NCBI GenBank assembly: GCA_002633005.1
Contig: NMRA01000302.1
Span: 336,704 to 400,703, forward strand
Direction of reading: 5' to 3'
DNA: 64,000 bases
From: Phoronis australis
Taxonomy: Eukaryota > Animalia > Phoronida
Positions within the stretch are counted from its first letter, which is position 1. The number at the start of each line of letters is the position of its first letter. The position numbers and the translations under genes are program-made. Positions 27,001-38,700 of this stretch are shown piece after piece. The notes beneath the pieces are model-generated. The model made no database searches. It was given only the letters and a program-made list of their open reading frames with translations, and was not told the origin of the DNA.

Positions 27001-30000
27001 TAGCTTTGAAAGTGATGACGGGAAAAATAATATTCATTGTCATTTGAAAGTACGATTTCACGTTATGTACACTGCAGTTTAAACTATTACATAGAATTCT
27101 TGTAACCAACTCTTTTCTAAAAAATAACGTGGTGGAATCTGATATATGTATTTTCTGCCAGTCACAAACTGAAACAGTAGATCACATCCTTTTCGAATGC
27201 AATAATATAAAAACATTGATGGAACAATTACGCCGTTGGGTGTTGTCGGTAAAAAGTATCAATTTCATTATTGACAAAAACAATGATTTTCGGCTTGCCC
27301 ATAAGTAACTGAAATAAAGTTTTAAACTGAATTTTTTTGCAAATAAAATATTTATTTACGTATCTATGTGTAAAAATTATCTCAAATTTCCGCCATTTTG
27401 TTAAAATATTAGAAAGATAATTTTATACTTAAGAAGAATTTTTATTATTAAATAATCGTAATTTAGATGAATACCAGGCAACCTGGAGAAACTGGTTAAC
27501 CATATTTTTCCTGACAACATCCTACTAAAAGTGCGTGGGTATGTTGAGGGTGGCGGGTGCATGCGTCCATGTGTGTGTCTTCAAAATGAGAATGGCTTGC
27601 ATTTTTGTCTTAGTATTTATGTTCTTTATACCATTAAAAAAGACAACAAGTGTCATTGCAATGCAAAAGGTGAATTTGGGCGTTTGATTTGAGTGTGACA
27701 CATATGTGCAAACTCATTAAGTACTATTTGAAATTCTTAAACATGAATGACGATAGATTGCCAAGACGATGTTACATAATGCAGCGTGAAAACGATTTGA
27801 AAGGTCAAAAGAACTGGTTTACCTTAGTAAAATTTATCATTCACAACTGGATTTGACTGTGTTTGGTTGCAACAAGGGGCTGGTGATGAAATGATTTTTA
27901 AAATTTTTTAAGTAAAGACATAGGGATATAAATTTTCAATTGTGGTCGTTTTCACTTGCAAATACGGATAAATGAAATTTTCACCGTTCAAATAAATCTG
28001 AATTAACATGCGAAAAGTATTTATGTAGTAGAATGTCATTACATAAAGTATTAGTTATAGCAAATTTGAGGTGTTCGACGCATCATCTTATGACTGAGTT
28101 GAGTAGGGGAAACAATGTACCTTGACCAGAAAGAATTTGTAAAGCTTGTAACACTGATGAAATTGAAACAGATGCACACGTTTTATTTGATTGTCCTATC
28201 CTTGCAGACCTACGGAAATATCTATTGCCACAATGTATTCTTGGAGATAGAAACATTAAAGCACTCTTAGGTTCAGATTCTATTTCGCTTTAAGTAATAC
28301 AACATCCTTCATTCAAGAAGCAATTGTAATTAAGAGCGAATTTTTGAGTATTTGATGAATTGGCGAGATGGTACTTTTTGTTAATAAGTTGAACTGTTTT
28401 GTTGTTGTTGTTGTTGTTTTTTGTTATTGTTATTAATGTTACATGTTAACTCTTTTAAGGTCAGGTGTAGAAAATGTCTACTTATGATAGAACATGTTGA
28501 GTTCAAAATGTAAGTAATTTCTATTTCAACACAGTTTTGACACCGTCTCGTTGGATCAAGGAGTTGGTGGCAAAATATCATTTAACGCACTTTGAAGTCA
28601 TCGATATCATTTACGAAAACTGAATACGTGTTGCCAAGCTATAAAGTCAAATAATTTTTTTCAACAGCTAAGCGCCAGGCATTATTCAGACGTGCAGGAC
28701 ATTTTTACTCATTGTTAATGAAAGACATGTGAGATTACAGTCAGGCAACAGTCCACGTCTTCATAACACAGCATAAAACCGTACCTATAATTATTTCCCT
28801 CTTTGTATGTGGTTTCCTTGGATATGATGTCGGTCCCTTTATAACTGAGTAGCTTCACTTCGTGAATAAGCCTGATGTTTTTAAAATAACCATCTGTTTC
28901 GTACAGACTCACGGATCTTGGTCCTGAAAAGAAACCTTGAGTCACTCGACTTGACTGTCGTTCCGGAACTGCAAAAATTTAGCGAAAGAAGTTAAAGAGA
29001 TCTCGTCATCGTTTATTACAGAGTGGAAATATATCGCAGTTTTATGTGAACTTGCAATTTCAGGAGGCTCAGGTCCTCACGTCTACGGACTAAAGCACGC
29101 CAGGTGTCAATCAAAGTTGCGTCACTGACCAATAGACCAAGATCGTTCTCATGTTGTAAACAAACACCTTCTGATGACATTTTCCTCGGACACTTTTCTG
29201 TATGTTAAGACAAATGCAAGCATCGGTGAATTTGAGACAATAGGGTTAAAAGGTGTCGGAGAACATTCCGTAGATCAGATAGCAGATATCCCGATCGTTT
29301 AACGGGATATAAAACCTAGTTTTCGTCAGTCTACTAAGACTCGTTCTGTCACCTGCTAATTTATCATTTGAGTGAGGCTTAAACCAAAAATGCATACTCC
29401 CCATGCCACAGGTTGGGTATCGGGGTTCTTGGCGGGTAATCAGTGTATCTTGCGTAAAGCTTGGGTCACGCTTGTCCATTTAGCAAACTTTGAAATGAGA
29501 TTTCAAATTTTGCTCCAAACTTTTGAGGGTTGTCGATGGTTACAGAGCAATATTTTTGTTTCAGAGAACTGGCACGGAAGGTCGTTTGGAATATCTGTTG
29601 CTTGGCCAATACTGGACTTGGTTCCCAGTTTATCTGGAAATAACTTTTTCTATTACCAAAAAAAACCCTGACCGGCAAAACTTAAATGAAAGCGCTCCGA
29701 GGAGCAACACTTGGCGAAATTAACAGGAAAGACGACGATAGAGATGATGACAAAGAGGACGACTATGACGACGATGGTGGCGATGATGAACAATTCAAGT
29801 AAGGATAACATTCACAAGACGAACGTAGAGGCCAGACATCATATAGGCTACAGTCTTGAACGACACTTGGCGAAATTAACTGAAAAGACGACTACGGAGA
29901 TGATGACGAAGAAAATGAATATGATGACGATGATGATGATGCTGAACAACATCATAAAATTCATATGAAGCACTTAGATGTCATAAATCAGCAAGAAATA

Positions 30001-32658
30001 GGCTACACTCTTGCCCAATAGAAACTAAACAAACATCAATGCAGCAAGAGCGCTCAACAACGGAGCAGCGCTATCAGGAAATCTCAAATAATTCAAAAAG
30101 TAGACGTCCTAGCGAAAAATGGAAAACATCTTCTGAAAGCCCGTTTAAAACTTTATGTAGACTGATGATATAGCTTAATTCCGTAAATTTTTTGAAAAAT
30201 GAAATTTTGCGTTCTTTTTAAGAATTTCAAAGTCAAATTACTTGAAAAAGGTAAGTTTGAGAAAAAATTGTTCCAGGTCATATGAAAGGCTATACTTTAA
30301 AGAATCCACATGCAAAAATTCACGTCATTCTCTCTTCCCGTTTAAAATGGCACTCCAGTATGACTGAAAATAGATCAACATAAGCCAAATCCGCTATCTT
30401 GGAAGCAATTTCCGGTTTTTTAGATGTAAATAATAGAATGTCACAAGAAACTAACACCTGCAAAAATTTGGAGGAATTGCCCCTATAATGCGCCCTCTAC
30501 AAGAGAAAACGTTTTTGTCCCAAAATCGAGATGCGCATGCGCGATTGCCGATATTTCCGCCATCTTTAACCGGAAGTTAACAATTTCCGCCCTCTTCAGT
30601 AATTGTATCTATTCTCAGTGCCGTACGTACAAAATTATAGCCTCCAGGAGTATTTGAATCTTAAAATGGAAACAAAATGGCTGCCATATTCGTCACCTTG
30701 GATCCGATTATGACGAAAAACAATAGGCTTCCAGGACTTCCGAAACTACGGGTTATGTGTAAATTTCGTGATGATCGGACAAAAATTGCGACCTGTAACG
30801 TGCGAACAGACAAACAAAAAAATGAAAGCGCTCTGAGGAGCGAAACTTGGCGAAATTAACCAAAAAAACACGTTCGAGAGGACGAGAAAAGACGACGACA
30901 GAGATGATGACGAAGATGACAGCTATGACGACGATGGTGGCGATAATGGACAGCACTAGTTATGATATCATTCATATGACGAACGTAGAGGTCAGAAATC
31001 ACTAAGACATAGGCTACAGTCTTGAGCGACACTTGGCGAAATTAACTGAAGAAAAGACGACGTCGGAGATGATGATGAAGATGACGAATATGATGATGGT
31101 GGTGGCCATGATGAAGAACATCGTAACATTCATATGACGAATTTAGATGTCATAAATCATTAAGAAATAGGCTGCAGTCTAGTTCAATAGAAGCTAAACC
31201 AACCTGAATGCAGCAAGAGCGCTCAACAAAGGAGCAGCGTGATCACAAAATCTCAAATAACTCAAAAAGTAGACGTCGTAGAGAAAAATGGAAAGCATCT
31301 TCTGAAAGCCCGTTCAAAGTTCTATCTAAATTGATGGTATCGCTTAATTCCGTAAATTTTTAGAAAAAAATGAAATTTTGCGTTTTTTTTTTAAGAATTT
31401 CAAAGTCAATTAACTCAAAAACGCTAAGTCTGAAAAAAAATTGTTACAAACTATTTGAAAGGTAATACTTTAAAGAATCTACATGCAAAAAATCACGTCT
31501 TTTTCTCTTCCCGTTTAAAATCGCACTCCAGACGACTGAAAATGGGTCAACATGCGCCATATCCGCCATCTTGGAGGAAACTTCCGGTTTTTGGTTTTGT
31601 ATAATAGCATGTTACAAGAAACTAATACCTGTAAAAATTCGAAGGAATTGGTCTGATAATGCGCCCTCTAGAGGAGAAAACGTTTTCAAGCCAAAATCGA
31701 GGTGCGCATGCGCGATCGCCGATATTTCCGTCATCTTTAGCCGGAAGTAAACAATTTCCGGTATACTTGTAGCAAGCTTCCGGTCCATTTACTGTGCCGA
31801 TTCTTAGCCTTTTACGTAAAAAATTGTAGCCTCCAGAAGCATTTGAACCTTTAAATGGAAACAAAATGGCCGCCACAGCCGCCATCTTGGATCCGATTNC
31901 CAGTTGAACCTGACCAATGTCAACCACACACCAATTGGATGTTTGCACACAAGTAAGAGGATCTTTACCGAAGATGTGGTTTCTTTAAAAACCCCATTAA
32001 ACTCTGCATTGTCACCTAAGTTGCGCGCAGACTTAATTGAAAAAATGTACAAAACTTCCCTGCCGCTCACTGGTGGTAATAGTTTACGAGACAGCATACA
32101 TATTTCTCTCATTCCTTATATGGAGTTTGATCTTTTACCTTTCTGTTGAAGCCAACCAAAAAGCTCAAATTCGGCTCAGTTCTAGCGAAATTAAAATACT
32201 TTGATCTACTTAGACTATGTAGCCATTTTGGAATGCCCGATTTTCTTCAAGTGTTTGTGAATCTTCTAATCTTTTCTGCAGACGGAGCTAAAATTTAATT
32301 ACCCAATGTTAAAACAGCCATTCAAAACTGAGATAAAGTGGAGTGAGGCAGTAAGGGAGCGGGAGAGAAGGGAAAAAGCCAGCAGGACGGAGAAAGACAC
32401 AGAGAGAGGAAGGGAGGGGCGGAGAAAGGGAAAGGGAGACAGGCAGCGAAGAAAGAAACGCGATATACATGTATATATGTACATATGCATACACATATAC
32501 ACACGCGCGCGCGCACCCACACACGCGCGCGAAGGAGACAGCCCGTTAACAACAAGTATTGTGCCTTTAACAAGTTTTGCACCATGCAAAACGTGCTGCC
32601 CAAGTACAGCAAGTCAAATATCTGCATATCTGTGTGTGTGTTTATGTGTGTGTGCGTT

Positions 32659-32704
<46 letters not shown>

Positions 32705-35700
32705 AGTGAGAGTGTGTGTGCGCGCAAGTGAGAGTGTGTGTGAGTGTATTTTGAGAGCCTATGACAAGTCTCCATTTTCTTACCTGCACTGAAGTCAGCC
32801 TGGCCTTTCATAAAATGGACTCTACAGACGATCGTCAATTTTTCACCGTTCTTTTTACTGTTCCAGCCACTTGACGATAACTTCGAAATGCGGGGTAACC
32901 CTGAAATAAGTGCTCGTCCCCTGGATCAAATCTCTATAGGCCAACCGAATAGTATGCGTTTGATTAAGCACACCGCAACAAGAATGGTACCATAAACATG
33001 CCGAAGATTCATCAGAGTTTATGACCCATGGGAACCAAAAAAATCACTTTCAAGTTATACATAGCACAAACCAAAGCAAACTTTATTGTTGTTGTTTTTA
33101 TTTTGTATTTGATATATTTTTTTGAAAAACTATTGCTATGTCTACGCTCGAGCTAGGCAAACAGTTATCAAACAAGACGAGTGAATATCAAACAATTATG
33201 CTTTGAATTCAAGGCAAGAAACACAATAGAACCGGTTTCTACATAACTTTTGTGTTATCATGTCCTTGTTGTTTTCTTTCATTAGTAATCTCACAAGTTT
33301 ATAATAAGTAACTTAAAACCTCTAATAAATTACATTTGCTAAGTATTACTAAAAATATGCCACATGAAATGCTGAAAATTATACTGACATAAATCTTCAT
33401 TAAGAAAGCACCACTGGATTTTTGAAGAACAGCACGAGATTGCAGCTATACTGACACCAACAAGGATGTTTTTGAAAACAACATTCCCTTTCATGTTGAG
33501 GTCACGTTTACACTGAACTCAAAAATAATGTGATTTGTGTTTTCCAGCCTCACATACGTATATCTGAGGATGAGGGCATTGTACACAAGTTGATGTGCCC
33601 ATGCTCACTGGGTGATGGTGGGTATAACCAGCGGAGCTGTGATAGTCATGATGCTGTGCCTGTGGCAGATGCTGAGAATAGTCCATTACAGTGAAAAGGG
33701 GCCCGTTCCAAAAACCTAACTTAGCGAAGACAAATCTTAAATCTTAGTAAATTTGAAAATAAAAGTTAAATTTGCGCCAGTTATTAGTTTATTATTGTTG
33801 TGGCATATACATGTACGTTTGTGCGACCCCTGTCGAGTTGTCTACTTCTTCCGCTTTTGTGTCACGAGCTTGCGTTTAAATACAGTTACATATTTGGCTG
33901 CACTTTGGTGTTTGTTTGTCTACTGGCGTTGTCTAAAAACCCTTTCAAGAAACAGATCTTAAGTTTGAGTTAAGTGTTTGACATAAGTTTTCTATTGATT
34001 TTAACTAACTTACTAAACGTGGAAGTTTCAAAGTCTGGAAGTTTTAAGACAAATCTTAAACTTAAGTCAAAAATGAACTTAAGTCAGCGTCTAGGAACAG
34101 GCCACAGGTCTATAAAAAGCGACCTGTCACCTGTATTTTGCTCATGCCTGTGAGTATTTCGTATAAAGACAGTTTTGGAAATTCAGTTAAGCACACTCAC
34201 TATGCATTCATGTGACTCTGTGAAAGAAAACACTGCTGACATGACGTTTGGAATGACCTTTATCATGTTCCTTCCAAAGCCCTGTCTACCCCCCGCAAAA
34301 TCCCAGATCCCCATGTGTGCAGTCTGCGTCAGAACGTTATTTCACTTCGTAATGCTGCTTAGTGTTGTTAATGCGCCCTTGATTTGTAACAGTGAGCATT
34401 CTGTACAAATGTCTAAAACTGAATTGTGACAAACCGAGTCATTTTTCTTGTGTGTCAGTTGAACAGAATTATAAAAAAGCGAATTTGCATGGGCTGAGAG
34501 TGTGCTATTTGGGAATATTGACAGGGCTGTTGATATATTTATTCATGTTTAGCACTGTATGTAGTCCTTATTATCCATTTAGCTAAATAATCAACTGTTT
34601 TGGCCCTGCGCAAAATATGGTCTACATCTTGTCCTCGCGAAGTAATTCAAAAGTTGTTGCAACCAGAGAATCAACTGACCGAAATAAGATACGCTTAGGG
34701 CCTTACACGAAACAGGGTCCGCTTCGTCGCTTTAGGTGCATCTCGAAAGTGGTGGTGACCGCTGAGGGAGAGCGGCAGTACGATAATTGTGACGACGGAA
34801 ATTAAGTGTTGGCGCCACAGGGGTGTCTTTCATGAAAATTGACTTAAGACAGAGATTTGGTCTTGCAATCCACTCACTTTAGAAAATAAATATAAATTAT
34901 CTGAAAATATACTCATAAATCTTTCTTATTGATAAAATTTGTACAAATTATTTCCAGGCTATTGTGTATTGATGGTTACAGGACTAAACCTTGCAACTGT
35001 GAAGTGAAAACATTATTACGGCTTCACTGTATGCCTCTGACATGAATGTTCATTAAAGGCTGTATTATTGGCAGGTTCATAATAAGGTACGGGTTTTGGC
35101 AAACTAAACAAAGCACAATAAAACAAATTCATTATTTGACAGTTTTGTATAATGTTTGTCTGAAAATTAAGTATAAATACTGAAACAGCCATGACAATGT
35201 ATTGCCAACAGCACATTCTATCAAGTCTTCAGCTGTTGAAGTACACTAGGCAATGAAAGGTGTTTTTCTCGTATATATTGCAGTGAAGAAAATTTTATTT
35301 TATTTCATTTTTTTTTTGATTCATCACTTTTGGTTTCTTTATCATAAATGAGGAATTCGCAAGAGTCTACTGTTGTTATATGCTGGCCTTATACAAATAT
35401 ACTGACCACAACAACGGGCGTCTACCCCAACATATTTCCGCAATACAAGGGTTTGGTCACATATTGTGCCGCTTTATCTACTTTGCTTGGAGTCAAGAGT
35501 CAAGCAAATGATATTTTACTCAGACTCAGTACTTAACGTGTCTAATGCATGTATTCGTTTTTCCTGCTACTTAGTACTCGGATAAATGTGATTTCTTTAT
35601 GGTACTAATAAACAGAATTTATGCCCGATATCATTTCCTAGTTTCATAATGAAAATCGTATGAGGACTTAAATGCAATGCAACCGAATTATTAAAGCTGC

Positions 35701-38700
35701 TACCAACCCACATTCCATCAATAGTAAACCTAACTTTTCATTTAAATCATTTTCTGCATCAAACCTCCTTTCAGTAAGTTTCTTTACCCACCTAGAAAAA
35801 ATGACATGATGTTTCAAGCCAACTTCATAGCTGAGGCTCGGTCTATAACGAACTGTCAGTTCTTTCAAATTCAAGGAATCACCTGCACTTTGAGTAAGGA
35901 ATAGGTCGATTCAATTAATAGTCAAAACCAAGAGGGGTTTAGTTGAAGGAAGGCAGGTTTATAGCAGCTTTAACAGCAATGACGTAATCACATTAAGGAA
36001 CAGAATGTATTTTCACTGCCAAGGTTTAACCCTGCACAACATCAAATGCATTTCACTGAAGTAATTCTCAACATAACATAAATGCAAATGCACACAATAG
36101 TTGCTGCATGACATAATAAATACGCAAAACGTACCGTAGAAGACGTAATATCCCACGAGACATTATTCCGCGTATTGACCGAGACCGAAGGTGGCCCCTG
36201 GAAATCATGTGTCAAGTTTGTGCACCCCTTGATATTTCTTCATACACGCCACTCTCGGTACGTTTTGTATTTATCCCATATACGCTTCGAATTCCTAAGT
36301 TTCTTTCATTTTTCAGCAAATTCTTAAATACTTCACTTGGCGGATCCTATATGTATGTACTTGCGCGATAAGTTGCAACTTTCTCTAGTAACAGAAACCA
36401 TTTTAAATGTAACGATTTATTACTTGAAGAGATAAAAAAGATGAAAACAAAAATAACTGTGCATTGAATTTGTGACATTTCCTGAAAATAGTCAACAATA
36501 TTTGATATTGAAGTTACCAAGGAATCAGCGCCTGAGTTGCAGACGATATAATGTTTAGCAATTGAATGAGACAGAACTGTCATTTAATTAACAGTCCTGT
36601 TCCAGGTGCATCCAACTGAGACCTGATTGTATGTTGAGTGTTATTTACACTGCTGCAATTGTATTACTTTAAACTATTTTCGTTTGATACTTGAACTGGC
36701 TAACGACGTCGAGTAGACATTGACCTACCCTTTGACCTTTCCATTTTAGATGTCACTGTTCAAGTAGTGCGGAAAGGGAATACAGAAAACATTATTACAT
36801 GTACGTGGCCGCATTGCACTCGACTGATTCAACGCGTATGGGATAAATCGGAAAAAGGTTGGAAGTCATGGACACGTATTACGTAGTCAATTCTTACCAC
36901 CACGTGGTTCAACAAAGGCAGATGATGCTAGCTGATAGAATCAACCTTAACCAAGTTACATGAACATTTCAGTTACAAAGCAGATACCATATCAGTGTTT
37001 TGGAGTCACAAGTAGGCAAACAGTGATCAAGTAGTGTTGGTTTACTTTCATAAAAGTAAAATGTCAGACTTTTATGCTGCACAGTAAACAGATAAGGTTA
37101 AAATATTGTCATGTCCTGTTGTATTGACTATAGTCTATATCCCCGCCAAGCTACTGTGCATAAGTAACTTTAAAAATAGTGTCAAGTGTTCACTGAAGCA
37201 GTGATAGTCTCTTTTGATAGATCAATTAACATTTGTTGCCATTGCAAGAACATTGACCTCACGGCAGTGCACAGGGTGGCCCCTGGAAATCATGTGCCAA
37301 GTTTGTGCACCCATTTTTCTTCTCTCAAGTATCTGCTAATCAGTATGGACGCCAGAGGAAGTGGCGTATAGACCTTTCTTAGCCTTTTACTGCAGACTCC
37401 TTGGATTTCTCACTGAACTGCCTGTGTAGCCTGTACATCTGTACGTGTAAACGAATTGTAAAAAGTTACAATATAATTGATCACTGCCGGAAACACTAAT
37501 CAACGATTCATGGCAAACAAAACCACCATTGAGTACAATTAATGAACAATCGTACCCATGCCACTGCCAATGCTAATGTCAACACGTGCGATAGGTTGTA
37601 CTGTAAGTTAAAAAGATGATGCAAAAACTAACGCACGCATTGCCATTTGACTCTTGGTATAAATCTTCATCGCATCATAACTTTTGATGGCCATTACAAA
37701 ACACTTTATAGTTTACATGGCTCCTAGAGCTCTAAGACTGGAAATTGAACCCAGAACAATATGGTTATGTCCCAAGTGCTACTCAGTAGCAGTTGCATGA
37801 CTATGAAGCTACCACATAACTGTTTTATCAATCTCATACTAGGTTCGTACTATCATCGTCGATCAGCAGGTAATAAAAAACATCATTCATAGACGATAAA
37901 GTTCTATTTTTTGCAGAACAATTACTGTGACTATAAAACCCTACACAACTTAGCTTTTGATTTTAACCACTTACCAGTATCAAACCAATCTCTGTTTTTT
38001 CCTTATTGAAATGATAAAATAATTTTTGGTCTTCCAAAGAACTGGCTGTTCATCATGGTTGAGACCATGTCAAATGAATGAAATGTCATGCTGTAGCAAG
38101 TCAACCTAAAGAGACTGTCTCAAGTAGTAACAAATCATTGGAAATTTTCAAGCCCCAAATTCACACCTATTTTTATCGAGAAACAATTCGAGATCAATTT
38201 CATACTAACGAAACGTTGGTTTTCGTGTCAGAAGGCAGGTTTATGGCTACCTTAAATTCCAATAGAACATAGACTCTTTACACGAGCAGACACAAACCTT
38301 TGATGCAGATTGTGAGGACGGCTGTAGGTGATAAAGAAGTTAAGGACAAGCAGCAGATCTGAATCCCTGCAAGATGACAATAGTGATATTTGTAAGAAGA
38401 CATTCAGTTTAAAATTCATTCTGAGGACCCTATACTGAAAACTCAGATCTGCATATATGAATCTGAAACATTGACATTGAATCGACAGATGGAATCATAC
38501 AAAGGCGAATTCAGGGGAGACGAAGGGGCTCGGGTCTCATTATGAACTTGGAATGAGAACCAGTCAAAATACCGGCTTTCAGTTATGCTGATGGTTATAA
38601 ATCAAGGGTGTCATGTGCACACACAATGGGCCTTTTGGAATTGACACCGCAAGTGCAGTGAAAATAATTCTTTATGAAGCCTGTTCTTGGCCATACAATA

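Noticed and set aside
29711-29968. Met/Thr-rich ORF
   Set aside because: Artefact of GAT/GAC low-complexity repeat within the tandem unit
32299-32792. Several overlapping ORFs of 70-155 aa
   Set aside because: Translations of (GT)n and GA-rich microsatellites
34240-34322. IWDFAG motif suggesting a Roc GTPase exon
   Set aside because: Six-residue match only, with no other Roc/COR motifs nearby
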